Shown here in pieces: positions 20,629 through 32,039 of a DNA stretch of 64,000 nucleotides; position 1 is the first letter of the stretch, and every line of letters starts with the position of its first letter. Made by a program: the position numbers and the translations under genes. The notes under the pieces were generated by a model. It saw only the letters and a program-made list of their open reading frames with translations, was not told the DNA's origin and did no database searches. This stretch comes from Candidatus Hadarchaeum sp. (GTDB lineage Archaea; Hadarchaeota; Hadarchaeia; Hadarchaeales; Hadarchaeaceae): NCBI RefSeq assembly GCF_038871235.1, contig NZ_JAVZIN010000005.1, forward strand, positions 45,735 to 109,734. The letters run 5' to 3'.

Positions 20629-20886
20629 TCAGAGAAGCCTAGTGATGCTGGTGACTTGAACGTTACCCACGCCGGGAATGCTCAAAATCTCATTCTCCAG
20701 GGGTTCGGTTCCACCTGCTGCGTCTTCAATGACAGCAACTACCCTCAACGCTGTCAGCCCAAAGGCTATCGGCTCCCTTGAAATCGAGTGAACCTTAACG
20801 CGCGCTCGGACACTGGCCTCAAGCTGACTCAAATCCACATCAGCACTGTCAGGCATGACGCGTAGAGTAACGGCAACTTCAGCCAT
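20629..20886 (-). CDS. ef1b: Archaeal elongation factor 1-beta
   Basis: VMPDSADVDL, EPIAFGL, GGTE. Confidence 0.93.
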   Translation of the reverse strand: MAEVAVTLRVMPDSADVDLSQLEASVRARVKVHSISREPIAFGLTALRVVAVIEDAAGGTEPLENEILSIPGVGNVQVTSITRLL

Positions 20887-20895
20887 CCGATCACC

Positions 20896-21060
20896 TCAAG
20901 GCCCGGTGAACCCACACTTGGAGCAACGATAGGGATTGCTAAGGCGCCTGCATTTAGCGCAGCGCAGGATCTCGACCTCACCACAGTTGGGGCAGAGGAA
21001 TTTCACGACGATTTCACCCTGGGGGATGTCCCGATTGCAAGAGGTGCAAACGTTTACCAT
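20896..21060 (-). CDS. Zn-ribbon microprotein (DUF1610/HVO_2753-like, 54 aa)
   Basis: Not in track. MVNVCTSCNRDIPQGEIVVKFLCPNCGEVEILRCAKCRRLSNPYRCSKCGFTGP; usual position upstream of aEF-1beta. Confidence 0.92.
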   Translation of the reverse strand: MVNVCTSCNRDIPQGEIVVKFLCPNCGEVEILRCAKCRRLSNPYRCSKCGFTGP

Positions 21061-21295
21061 GGTCTCGCCATATCCGTTGGTTGTAACATCTATAAAAATT
21101 GACGCCTTACTCTTAAAGCAATAAAAGGGTTAATCCAAAACTTCCAAATTAGGCATCAAAATATCGGGAGGGTTACACAGCTCTGGTTTTTTCAGCTCCG
21201 GTTTTAGATCTGCTTCCAACCCCACCGATTTAAATTAACTTTGTTTAGACTAAGTCACCTTATCAAATTAAAACATTGAGCAACAATTTGATAAC

Positions 21296-21372
21296 GGGCC
21301 CGTAGTCTAGCCTGGATAGGACATGAGCCTGCGGAGCTTAGGACTCGGGTTCAAATCCCGACGGGCCCGCCA
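21296..21372 (+). tRNA. tRNA-Arg(GCG), intron-less, CCA encoded
   Basis: GGGCCCG/CGGGCCC acceptor stem, TGAGC-CTGCGGA-GCTTA anticodon arm, GGTTCAAATCC T arm. Confidence 0.97.
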
Positions 21373-21655
21373 ATCCGACGTTCTTCAAAAGGACTTGCCC
21401 AAATTCTCTTGCCCGCACCTTTAAATGTATTAAAAAGAGCTCGAGCCTGTTGTCCTAATCATCTGAAGTTTCCAACGCGCTATGCGGCTCTGATGAATTT
21501 CAAGCTAAATTTTTCCAATAATCCGGTTAAACTCTGGCAAAAAATCTTCATCTGCTTTACCCAACTCCGGCTGTTATTTACCGTAAAGTACGCTAATATC
21601 GCAACCAAGTTAAATTATATAACGCCAGAAAATGCTCTAGGACCCAGTTGGGTAA

Positions 21656-21856
21656 ATGGTTGTGGTCTCCAAAACAATAGACGGCTTTTTCATCAAAGAT
21701 ACGGTGGAAAAGCCCATTTTGGCAACTTATGGTAACTTGGTAAGTAAAAACATTCTGGGGGTGAGAAGTCGAATTGACGGCAGGATTATGATAATACATG
21801 ATTACGGAGTTATATGGCTTAAATTCCGCAAACACGATAAAAAGATAAGATCTTAA
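21656..21856 (+). CDS. Possible small hypothetical protein in the AT-rich islet
   Basis: 66-aa ORF followed by a T-rich tract; no recognisable motif. Confidence 0.3.
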   Translation: MVVVSKTIDGFFIKDTVEKPILATYGNLVSKNILGVRSRIDGRIMIIHDYGVIWLKFRKHDKKIRS

Positions 21857-21946
21857 TTATTTTTAATTTTTAGGTTGTAAGTAAGAAAATAAAAATTTTA
21901 AATGATCCCTGAATTTTTTCTATATCTTGGACAATGTTATTTTATC

Positions 21947-22186
21947 TTAATTCTGATTTTTACGAAACAGGCGGAGGATATCGCCTTTGTGAACTTTCGC
22001 ATGACATGATCTGCATAGTGCAACAAAATCATCAGGGTTTTTTGCAGGGTATTTTTTATGGTGAATTACTAATGGGCCAATCCGACCGCACCTATAACAT
22101 GTATGTCTCTCCCTTGCAATTATCACTCGCCGAATGTGCGTCCACCACGACATCTTATCACTATTTAAGCTTAGAAGATCGACCAT
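21947..22186 (-). CDS. Minimal Zn-binding HNH endonuclease
   Basis: R..I.ARE.HTCYRCG...IHH..Y...LCRSCHAKVH; overlaps the end of the upstream gene. Confidence 0.8.
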   Translation of the reverse strand: MVDLLSLNSDKMSWWTHIRRVIIARERHTCYRCGRIGPLVIHHKKYPAKNPDDFVALCRSCHAKVHKGDILRLFRKNQN

Positions 22187-23192
22187 TCCTAATCCTATTT
22201 AACTCCGCCTTAAGTGTATCCACTTCTGAAACAAGATTCGAAAACAGATGACGTTTAGCTTGGTCTTCTAAAATAGCTTTTACTTCAGATCGCGGCATAC
22301 TGCGTAGTACCTCTACCGCTGATGCGATTGTTTCCCAGAGAGGATCGCCCCTATCAGGATATTTGCGATATAGTGTATTTAATGCATCTTCAATGGTGCC
22401 CTTCTCAAGTTCTTTTGTAGCGTCTGTATCTTCAAGTATGTCAGGAAGCACCCTAACGTCCCTATGGGTTCTGAATTTCCCTGCTGCCAACCATTCCATG
22501 AATTTATCTCGAAATGAGCGATCTACTGTGGCCTTCTGCACGAGATAAGATTTTTTGAAAAATTCATCGAAGTAAGTGAAGCGTTTTATACCAACAGGAT
22601 CATTTGGATACTTCTTAAGAAATCTCTGGCATTCTTCATATGCAAGCAACGCACGTTTTATAGTACTCTTTGATACTCCAATATACTCTGCTATAATATC
22701 GTAAGTAAGCCCCTTATCGCGGTGCATTTTAAAAATATGACTCGCTTTGTTCAGAGCATCCCACTCCTTTTTCCCTGAAACATGCCATACAGCTAACATT
22801 ATATCCATGCGAATGGGATCAATTTTTTTTGGGATAATCTCACATGGAATCTTATCAAAATAGCTGGCTGGGAAATCATCTATTTCACCATTATCGACTG
22901 CCTCCTTCAGTTTTCGCAAGGCGACTACCCGACGATTCCCTTCTTTTATTATGTAATACCCGTCTCCCTCCATAACAAAAGGTGGCTCTATAAGCCCCTT
23001 TGCAGCTTGAATAGATTTCATGAGGTCCCTTGTTTCGTTTTCTTTCCATATTTCGTCTTCGAGTTCTTTGTCAGAAAGCGGCCCGGGCAAATGTGAGAAC
23101 CTAACGTTCGTAGGGTCTAGTTTTAATTTCCATAACGGAATACGCTCTTCCCTAGTTTCGATTTTCTCTCCTGCTACCATCCTTAACGGCAT
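22161..23192 (-). CDS. ParB/Srx-like N-terminal domain protein with HTH
   Basis: LDPTNVRF, IEPPFV, EGNRR, HVSGKKEW, then TYDIIAEYIGVSKSTI; strong GGAGG RBS. Confidence 0.82.
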   Translation of the reverse strand: MPLRMVAGEKIETREERIPLWKLKLDPTNVRFSHLPGPLSDKELEDEIWKENETRDLMKSIQAAKGLIEPPFVMEGDGYYIIKEGNRRVVALRKLKEAVDNGEIDDFPASYFDKIPCEIIPKKIDPIRMDIMLAVWHVSGKKEWDALNKASHIFKMHRDKGLTYDIIAEYIGVSKSTIKRALLAYEECQRFLKKYPNDPVGIKRFTYFDEFFKKSYLVQKATVDRSFRDKFMEWLAAGKFRTHRDVRVLPDILEDTDATKELEKGTIEDALNTLYRKYPDRGDPLWETIASAVEVLRSMPRSEVKAILEDQAKRHLFSNLVSEVDTLKAELNRIRNGRSSKLK

Positions 23193-23556
23193 TATGATTC
23201 CTCCTTTTAGCTCGAGTTAAGGCTCTGCCACCCACCCTCTGTCGGCGGGCGTTTCATCGCATTTAATAATAGTATCATAGTACTATATAAGGTTTTCGGG
23301 TTCTAAAAACAAAAGCTTAATCTCTGGCTAACCGGTTTAAGCTATTCCGTGTGGGTGGAGAAATTTACAATGGCCAACAACACATTTGGTTTTAGCTCAT
23401 TGCCACAACTACCTAATTTTTCGATTGTCTAGGAACTATATGCACGGGCTGTCTTGTCATCAAAATCCTAACAAACTTAATTAAAAATTATCTTTAAACA
23501 TTTAGAAATTAACTGGCTCGTTATTTTTATAGGTCGCGATCGAGAAACTAGTAAGT

Positions 23557-24342
23557 ATGAGGGCTGAAATTGGAATTATCGGCGGCACCGGTCTCTACGA
23601 CCCGAAACTTCTTAAAAATATCGAAGAAATCGAGGTGGAAACCCCCTATGGCTCCCCGTCCGATTCCATAACTCTGGGTGAGCTAAACGGAAGAAAGTTG
23701 GCTTTTCTCCCCCGACATGGCAAAAAACATACCATCAGGCCGACCGACATAAATTACCGCGCCAACATTTTCGCGATGAAGCAGCTCGGCGTGACTAGGG
23801 TCCTTGCACCATCGGCGGTGGGCTCCCTGAAGGAAGAATACCGGCCCGGGGACATCGTTTTCGTTGACCAGTTCATTGACAGAACCACCCGGCGAGAGGA
23901 ATCCTTCTATACGGGAAATAAGGTGTGCCACATCTCCGTGGCCGATCCGATGTGCCCTGAACTCAGAAAAACTTTGATAGAAGCGGCAAAAAGAACCGGC
24001 ATCGAGGCCCATCCTACGGGGACATACGTGTGCATCGAGGGGCCCAGATTCTCCACCAAGGCTGAATCCAGAATGTTCCAGAGTTGGGGCGCTGATGTAA
24101 TCGGCATGACCTTGGTCCCAGAATGCGTTCTGGCCCGCGAAGCCGAGATATGCTACGCTTCAATAGCCACCGTCACCGACTACGACGTGTGGAAGGAACA
24201 TCCGGTGAGTACTGAGGAAGTCCTGAAGACGATGAGAAGTAACTTGGAAAAGGTCAAACGATTGATCGCTGAAACCATAGCTATCATACCACAGGAAAGG
24301 AGCTGTGAATGTAAAAACGCGCTGAAAAACGCATTTGTTTGA
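23557..24342 (+). CDS. mtnP: S-methyl-5'-thioadenosine phosphorylase
   Basis: IGIIGGTG, TPYG.PS, RHG, EGPRFST.AES, GMT, TDYD. Confidence 0.93.
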   Translation: MRAEIGIIGGTGLYDPKLLKNIEEIEVETPYGSPSDSITLGELNGRKLAFLPRHGKKHTIRPTDINYRANIFAMKQLGVTRVLAPSAVGSLKEEYRPGDIVFVDQFIDRTTRREESFYTGNKVCHISVADPMCPELRKTLIEAAKRTGIEAHPTGTYVCIEGPRFSTKAESRMFQSWGADVIGMTLVPECVLAREAEICYASIATVTDYDVWKEHPVSTEEVLKTMRSNLEKVKRLIAETIAIIPQERSCECKNALKNAFV

Positions 24343-24354
24343 AGAGGTGATTCG

Positions 24355-24882
24355 TTGCTGGATTTAAAGTCAAAGATTAGGAGAATCCCTGAGTTCAAGG
24401 GCGTGGTCTTCTGGGACATCACCCCGTTGCTGAAGGACCGTTTGGCTTTCAGGGAAGCTATCCGGCTCTTGGCCGAGCACTTCAAGGATAAAAAAATAGA
24501 TGTGGTGGTCTCCAACGAGGCCCGAGGGTTTATAATAGCTGCCCCACTGGCATATGAACTCGGCGCTGGCTTTGTTCCCATCAGAAAAAAGGGAAAGTTG
24601 CCTGCCAAGTGCGTGGACTACTGCTACCAAAAAGAATACGAGGCCGACGTGATTGAAATTCACGAGGACGCCATTGAACCAGGCCAGAACGTTCTGCTCG
24701 TCGATGACCTCTTAGCGACCGGCGGCACGATGAAGGCCAACATTGAACTCGTCGAAAAGCTCGGTGGCAAGGTCGTTGGCATCGGCTTTCTCATCGAGCT
24801 TGGCTACCTCGGTGGAAGAGAAGCCATCGGGAAAAACTACGAGATATTTTCATTGATAAAAATCGATACTCCTGAAGGATAA
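24355..24882 (+). CDS. apt: Adenine phosphoribosyltransferase
   Basis: F.DITP, EARGF, RKKGKLP, VDDLLATGGT. Confidence 0.93.
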   Translation: MLDLKSKIRRIPEFKGVVFWDITPLLKDRLAFREAIRLLAEHFKDKKIDVVVSNEARGFIIAAPLAYELGAGFVPIRKKGKLPAKCVDYCYQKEYEADVIEIHEDAIEPGQNVLLVDDLLATGGTMKANIELVEKLGGKVVGIGFLIELGYLGGREAIGKNYEIFSLIKIDTPEG

Positions 24883-25010
24883 TCTCTCCCGTACGACCAT
24901 CGCTCAAGCCTCTAATTCTAAATTAACAAACAGGAAGAAGGTTGCTTTAAAATGGGGTTGGGATACTTTAAAAGGGTGTACAACTGATCGACGCAACGCT
25001 GAAAATAATC

Positions 25011-26261
25011 GTGCTGCTGGTCTTCGTGGCGTGCTATGGGCTAGCGATATCACGAAAGGTTAAAATCGTCTACGTCAGCCTTGCCTCCGCAGCCATTCTT
25101 CTCCTCATTCTCTTGCCCGCCAACGTGATGACCCCAGAACGGGTGTTGAACTCAATCAGGTGGGATGTCCTTGGTATTTACTGGGGCTTCATGATGGTCT
25201 CTATTATCTTCTCAGAAAGCGGGGTTCCAGACCATCTGGCCCGACATGTGCTTGCTCACACAAAAAATGAAGGGAGGGCTCTGCTCGCCCTCTGCGCCAT
25301 AACCGCCTTTCTCTCAAGCTTTCTGGAAAACGTCGGCGTGGTCCTGATAATGGCCCCCATTGCAATGGAAATTGCTAGGAGGACCAAATCACCTCTTTTC
25401 TTATACTTAATCTCAATCGCCATCAGTTCCAACATGGTGACTACGGTTTCGATGATAGCCGACCCTCCGGCGATAATTCTGGCCTCAGAAGCTGGAATGT
25501 ACTTCATGGATTTCTACTGGTTTCAAGGTAGGCTGGGGCTCGGAGTAATCTCCGCCATCGCCGCCGTAATCGGACTAGTCGCCCTTTATCTCTGCCACTT
25601 CAGAAAAATGAAAACAAAAGTCAACATCGAGGAGGAGGAGAAGATCGAGATGAACTATCTGCCGACGGTGGTTTTCATTTTTGGGATAGTTGCCCTCGCC
25701 TTAAACTCATATTTGAGGGTTGGTCCTGGAGTCATTGGTCTAATCGTGGGAGTGATTTCTACTATTCTCGGTTTCAAAAACATGTCCAAAATGATAAAGG
25801 AATTCGACTGGAACTCGTTCTTCTTCATAATTGGGATTTTCATTGTAATTGGTGCTGTCGATGAAGTTGGAATTCTCGGGGATTTTGCCCAGGGCATAAG
25901 TGCTCTCGGCTTTAACATTCCTACGTTGACATTGATTATCTTGGTCTGGCTGTCAGTTGCTCTTTCCTCATTTATAGACAACGTCCCCTACTCCGTGCTC
26001 ATGCTTCCCGTAGCTAAGAACGCGGCATTAGCACTGGGATCGGGCGGTCTGGCCTACCCATTCATGTACGGAACACTAATCGGCACGGGAATCGGTGGAA
26101 ACATAACTCCCGTCGGTGCGACGGCTAACGTCTTCGCCTGCGGTTTGCTTGAAAAAAGAGGCTATAGTGTAAAACTTAAGGAGTACCTGAAGATCAGCCT
26201 AGCTCCAACAATAGCGGCGGTTCTGGTGGCCCATCTATTGCTCCAGTTGCTCTGGATGTAA
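25011..26261 (+). CDS. ArsB/NhaD/SLC13-family anion permease
   Basis: SSFLENV, ADPPAII, SSFIDNVP, GGNITPVGATAN. Confidence 0.85.
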   Translation: MLLVFVACYGLAISRKVKIVYVSLASAAILLLILLPANVMTPERVLNSIRWDVLGIYWGFMMVSIIFSESGVPDHLARHVLAHTKNEGRALLALCAITAFLSSFLENVGVVLIMAPIAMEIARRTKSPLFLYLISIAISSNMVTTVSMIADPPAIILASEAGMYFMDFYWFQGRLGLGVISAIAAVIGLVALYLCHFRKMKTKVNIEEEEKIEMNYLPTVVFIFGIVALALNSYLRVGPGVIGLIVGVISTILGFKNMSKMIKEFDWNSFFFIIGIFIVIGAVDEVGILGDFAQGISALGFNIPTLTLIILVWLSVALSSFIDNVPYSVLMLPVAKNAALALGSGGLAYPFMYGTLIGTGIGGNITPVGATANVFACGLLEKRGYSVKLKEYLKISLAPTIAAVLVAHLLLQLLWM

Positions 26262-26275
26262 TCCCATCAAAAAAT

Positions 26276-27163
26276 TCAGATACCTCTAACCTGTAGTCGC
26301 TCCTCCGGCCTCAGCATCTTAACATCAATTCCTTTCATCGGTAGTGGCAGGTTCTTGCAGGCTTCCAAGACAACCTCAGGATCGTCATAGTATCTTGTCG
26401 CCTCAACTATCGCCTTGGCCATCCTCGGCGGATCGCTTGACTTGAAGATGCCGGAGCCGACAAAGATTCCATCCACACCCATCTGCATGACCAAAGAAGC
26501 ATCGGCTGGAGTGGCTATTCCCCCGGCGCAGAACCAAACCACTGGAAGTCTCTGAAGTTTCGCGGTTTCCTCAACCAGTTCCACCGGCACCCGATATTCG
26601 CGGGCCTTTGCCTCCAGCTCGTCGCGGCTCAACCCGGCCAGCTCCGCTATCTGGCGCTTGGTGGTCTTGATGTGCCTCACGGCCTCGACTATATTCCCTG
26701 TGCCGGCCTCGCCCTTGGTCCTGATCATGGCCGCTCCCTCGTTGATCCTCCTCAGAGCCTCCCCCAAATCACGGGAACCGCAAACAAACGGTACCTTGAA
26801 CTTGCGCTTGTCAACATGGGCCTCCTCGTCCGCCACTGTGAGGACTTCACTCTCATCTATCATATCCACACCCAAGGCCTCAAGAACTTGAGCCTCGGCA
26901 AAATGACCGATGCGGCACTTGGCCATGACAGGAATCGTCACCGCATTCATTATGGCCTCAATAATGGCAGGATCGGCCATGCGCGCGACCCCACCCGATG
27001 CCCGGATATCCGCCGGAACCGCCTGAAGCGCCATGACGGCCACCGCCCCGGCTTCCTCGGCTATGATGGCCTGCTCCGGGGTCGTGACATCCATGATGAC
27101 CCCGCCCTTCTGCATCTTGGCGAACCCACGTTTGAGCCGCTCAGAACCGAATACTATCTCCAC
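26276..27163 (-). CDS. pdxS: Pyridoxal 5'-phosphate synthase lyase subunit
   Basis: [32 protein letters not shown]; GTG start 4 nt after GGTGA. Confidence 0.96.
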   Translation of the reverse strand: MEIVFGSERLKRGFAKMQKGGVIMDVTTPEQAIIAEEAGAVAVMALQAVPADIRASGGVARMADPAIIEAIMNAVTIPVMAKCRIGHFAEAQVLEALGVDMIDESEVLTVADEEAHVDKRKFKVPFVCGSRDLGEALRRINEGAAMIRTKGEAGTGNIVEAVRHIKTTKRQIAELAGLSRDELEAKAREYRVPVELVEETAKLQRLPVVWFCAGGIATPADASLVMQMGVDGIFVGSGIFKSSDPPRMAKAIVEATRYYDDPEVVLEACKNLPLPMKGIDVKMLRPEERLQVRGI

Positions 27164-27214
27164 TGAATCACCAATAGTCAATTATCGCCTAAAGGTAAAA
27201 ATATAAAGGTTTCG

Positions 27215-28336
<1,122 letters not shown>

Positions 28337-28636
28337 TTAATCTGCGCGATCTTATTTGTTCAAACTCGCATTTGATTCAAGGTGTTATTTTAAAAAATGG
28401 AAGCTATTGATCAACAATGGCTTGGACGCCAAAATTTCCACTACTTGATCTACGGCTATACTTAAAGCCTAAAACACGCCCATTAAGTTGACTAATAGAC
28501 CCAAAGGAGTTCCTTGAATAGATGACTTGAAAAACTTGGCTGAGATGTTGTATACTGCAGTTACAAAGATTTTGATCAGGCCTCGCCTAGATTAAGTAAG
28601 TTATTATAGAAGCTCGAGAAATTTTAAGCGAGGCCC

Positions 28637-29788
28637 ATGCCCATACATATTGCCGAAAGCGTACTGGGCGTCATTGCCTTTAACGACGAGGGTAAGATGA
28701 TATCCTTCAGAAAATTCCCTCGCGACCCGGTGGTGGTTGCTGGAAAAATTGCCAGCGTTCAGATGGGTACACCCACCGATGAACATCGCGAGCTAATTGC
28801 CGAGCTGGTGGGAAAAGGCCATCGCGAGTTCACCCTCGAGTCCCAGCCGCTCGTCAACAGGTTTAAGGAAGAATTCAAGAGAGCCAAGTTTGAAGTATTA
28901 ATACCAAACGTGGCCGGCTCAATTCTGCGGGACAAGCTTCAAGACATCGCGGAGGATCTGGGGTTTGAAAAAGTCGATGAGTTTACCCGGGAGGTGAACT
29001 TCATCCTCACGCGCCACAAGCTCCGAACTGAAGCTGCCCAGAGAGATAGCCTGATCATCCAGTCAATTGGGCTTCTTGACGACATCGACAGATTCACCAA
29101 CATACTTATCGTCAGGGTTAGAGAGTGGTACTCCATCCATTTCCCTGAGCTTGATCGCCTGGTCCCAGATCACGAAGTCTTCCTCCAGCTGATTACCAAA
29201 ATCGGCTTGCGGGATGATTTTACCAAGGAAGCTGTCGCCAGCGCGTCCGGGCTTTCGGAGGAGGAATCTGAAAAAATAGCCCAAGCCGCTGCGGAATCTC
29301 TCGGCGCACGGTTTGACGAAATAGACTTAAAATCGCTGAAGAATGCCTGCAAGGAGATATTCGAACTCTATGAGTTGAGGAAAGAGATATCTGAGTACAT
29401 TGACGGCTTGATGGCACAGATTGCTCCCAACTTGCGCGCGGTAGTCGGCAGCGCCATTGGAGCCCGCTTGATAGCCATCGCTGGAGGTCTTCAGGAGCTT
29501 TCCCGTATGCCGGCTAGCACCATCCAAATTTTAGGAGCCGAAAAAGCGCTTTTCCGGGCCCTGAAAAGGAAGGGTAGCCCTCCGAAACACGGCGTGATCT
29601 TCCAATATCCTGAGGTTCGCGGGGCGCCAAAAAAGCTAAGGGGCAAGATTGCGCGCGCGCTTGCTGGAAAGGTAGCCATCGCCGCGAGGGTCGATGCAAT
29701 GTCCGGCGAGTTCGTTGGCGACAGACTGGAAGCTGAACTTAAAGCGAGAATCGCCGAAATCAAAAGAAAGGTAAGGAAAAAGCCATGA
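28637..29788 (+). CDS. nop5: C/D box RNP subunit Nop5 (Nop56/58)
   Basis: REWYS.HFPEL, APNL, PASTIQILGAEKALF, PPKHGVIF. Confidence 0.95.
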   Translation: MPIHIAESVLGVIAFNDEGKMISFRKFPRDPVVVAGKIASVQMGTPTDEHRELIAELVGKGHREFTLESQPLVNRFKEEFKRAKFEVLIPNVAGSILRDKLQDIAEDLGFEKVDEFTREVNFILTRHKLRTEAAQRDSLIIQSIGLLDDIDRFTNILIVRVREWYSIHFPELDRLVPDHEVFLQLITKIGLRDDFTKEAVASASGLSEEESEKIAQAAAESLGARFDEIDLKSLKNACKEIFELYELRKEISEYIDGLMAQIAPNLRAVVGSAIGARLIAIAGGLQELSRMPASTIQILGAEKALFRALKRKGSPPKHGVIFQYPEVRGAPKKLRGKIARALAGKVAIAARVDAMSGEFVGDRLEAELKARIAEIKRKVRKKP

Positions 29789-30465
29789 AAGCTGTCGAAC
29801 ACGAACGCTTCAAATCAGTTTATTGGATCGAACTCGATGACGGCACCCGCAAGCTGGCCACGATAAATCTCGATCGCGGGGCTCAGGTCTACGGCGAAAA
29901 GTTAATCGAGCTGGATGGGGTCGAATACCGGCTCTGGGATCCCTACCGGAGCAAGCTCGCTGCTGCCATCATTAGAAATATAAAGGTCAATCCGATAACC
30001 AATGGAAAAAATGTCCTCTATCTTGGGGCGGCAAGCGGAACTACCTCTTCGCATGTCTCAGACATCGTGGGGGAAGAAGGATGCGTTTACTGCGTGGAGG
30101 TCTCCTCCCGCCCGATAAGGGATTTGCTCCGCGTCTGCGCTAAAAGGAAAAACATGCTACCCATACTGGCCGATGCCCGTTTGCCCCATTGTTACTGCTC
30201 ACTGGTTAAGAAGGTGGATGTCATCTATCAGGACATAGCACAACCGGATCAGACTGAAATTCTGCTGGCCAACGCGAAAATTTTCCTACCTAAAGGCGGC
30301 TATGCGATGCTATCATTGAAGGCCAGAAGTATCGACGTGACCAAAGAGCCACGCGAGATATTCAGAAATGAAATGGAAAAGCTGGAGAAGGAAATGGAAA
30401 TCATCGACGTGAAGGTTCTCGATCCCTACGAGAAGGACCATGCAATGTTCGTCCTGAGGAGATGA
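29785..30465 (+). CDS. flpA: Fibrillarin-like 2'-O-methyltransferase
   Basis: YR.WDP.RSKLAA, LYLGAASGTT.SH, QDIAQPDQ. Confidence 0.96.
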   Translation: MKAVEHERFKSVYWIELDDGTRKLATINLDRGAQVYGEKLIELDGVEYRLWDPYRSKLAAAIIRNIKVNPITNGKNVLYLGAASGTTSSHVSDIVGEEGCVYCVEVSSRPIRDLLRVCAKRKNMLPILADARLPHCYCSLVKKVDVIYQDIAQPDQTEILLANAKIFLPKGGYAMLSLKARSIDVTKEPREIFRNEMEKLEKEMEIIDVKVLDPYEKDHAMFVLRR

Positions 30466-30474
30466 GGTAAAACC

Positions 30475-31104
30475 ATGCCCTATAGATTTAGCTTCGACCT
30501 GTCGCGGGTGCCGCATGCTTTTTTCAATGCCTTGGTCGAGATGGCTTACCAGAAGAATATGCACAAGAAAATTGCATGGACTGTCAGACGCTTGACCGAA
30601 AAGCTCAATATTCAAGAAATTGGCGGTCTGAACATGGCGGATGTTTCAACCTTGATAGAAGACCTAGTTGATATTCATTTACACAACATCATGGAAAGAG
30701 AAAGATTTCAAAAAAGCAAACGAAGGGCACTCTTCTTGCCTCACTGTGCCAGAAAATATATGGACGGTAGATGCCAAGCAAGCTTCGACCCGGACGTGCC
30801 CTCCTACTACTGCCACAGCTGTTCCCCAGACTGTTTGGTAAACCAAGCAGTGGCGCTTGGTCGAGACTGTGGTTACGACATCTACATCTTACCAGGTGGG
30901 ACCTGTCTACCCATGATACTAGAAAGAAACCCCTATGATGGCGTGGTAGGCGTCGCCTGCAGCCAAGAGATCAAACAAGCGGAAGCATACCTTAAAAGCA
31001 GAAGTCTGCCGGCTCAAGCGGTATATCTGATCAAGAATGGCTGTGCCAACACCAAGTTCAACCTCAGGTGTTTAGAGGAAATATTACGACTCAACGTGTC
31101 GTGA
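30475..31104 (+). CDS. DUF116 protein
   Basis: LFLPHC..C..C..C..C, YILPGG, GVAC..E, C.NT. Confidence 0.85.
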   Translation: MPYRFSFDLSRVPHAFFNALVEMAYQKNMHKKIAWTVRRLTEKLNIQEIGGLNMADVSTLIEDLVDIHLHNIMERERFQKSKRRALFLPHCARKYMDGRCQASFDPDVPSYYCHSCSPDCLVNQAVALGRDCGYDIYILPGGTCLPMILERNPYDGVVGVACSQEIKQAEAYLKSRSLPAQAVYLIKNGCANTKFNLRCLEEILRLNVS

Positions 31105-31984
31105 CTTCACAGCCTGACTCGGTAACTATCACCGTGTGCTCTGCCTGTGCTACCTTACCATTGGCCCGCTCCGCCAAGACATAGTAAGGCCAGAAGGCTC
31201 CGATCCCAACCAGCTCCCTAAGGGTCAGCTCAAGGCGAAGTTTCGACATACGTTTAGCCAACCACCTCTCGGCGAAGGGCAAACCATTATAGTCACGCTT
31301 CACATCGCGCAGAAGTTCCCGCGACATCCTCAACCGGGTCGGAACGTCACGCAGATATCTGAAGATATAGAGACTCTTTCTATCCTCAACAAATCCGGCC
31401 CCATCGGTGATGAACGGCTCGATGGCCAAGACATCGCCCGCCTTCAAAATCATTCCAGTAGTTTCCTTGACGTTGGGTATCGTGAGCCCCGAGTGAAGGT
31501 CCCATCTGGCCAAGCTGTGTCCGGTCAGATTGCGAATGGGCTTGAAACCGGCTGCCGTTGCCGTTTCCTCAACCACCTTACCGATCTCCCCGACATCAAT
31601 TCCGGGCTTCACCGCTGCAATCGCGGCTTCGAGCGCTTTTTCTACTACCTGAACCATCTCGGCCTTCTCTCCTGTAGCCACCGTGAAAGCCGTGTCTGCT
31701 ATATAACCATCCACATGGGCTCCGATGTCAACTTTGACCATGTCTCCCGACTTAATCACGGTTTCATCATCGGCAGGTGGACTGTAGTGGGCCGCCACCT
31801 CGTTGACCGAAACATTGCAGGGAAAGGCCGGCTTGGCCCCCCGCTCAGTGATGAGTCCCTCGGCCGTCTCAGCTATCTCAAGCAGGCTGACCCCGGGTTT
31901 GACCATCGGCCGCAGCTGTTCGCGAACCTCGGCCAGCAACTTTCCTGCTTTCCGGTACTTTTCCAACTCCTCTGGATCCAACAC
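31091..31984 (-). CDS. map: Methionine aminopeptidase type II
   Basis: AFP.N.S.N..AAHYSP, D.G.HVDGYIAD, GH, IEPF, QAEHT; GTG start after GGTGA. Confidence 0.95.
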   Translation of the reverse strand: MLDPEELEKYRKAGKLLAEVREQLRPMVKPGVSLLEIAETAEGLITERGAKPAFPCNVSVNEVAAHYSPPADDETVIKSGDMVKVDIGAHVDGYIADTAFTVATGEKAEMVQVVEKALEAAIAAVKPGIDVGEIGKVVEETATAAGFKPIRNLTGHSLARWDLHSGLTIPNVKETTGMILKAGDVLAIEPFITDGAGFVEDRKSLYIFRYLRDVPTRLRMSRELLRDVKRDYNGLPFAERWLAKRMSKLRLELTLRELVGIGAFWPYYVLAERANGKVAQAEHTVIVTESGCEVTTR

Positions 31985-32039
31985 GACATCACCAGACGAA
32001 AGTTGTTTAATGCACGGGAGCAATTAAAACTTGGGGTAC

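Noticed and set aside
22161-23192. Chromosome-partition ParB
   Set aside because: No ParA neighbour, atypical motifs, and an HNH partner in an AT-rich islet
21373-23556. Intact integrated element at tRNA-Arg
   Set aside because: No integrase and no duplicated tRNA 3' end found
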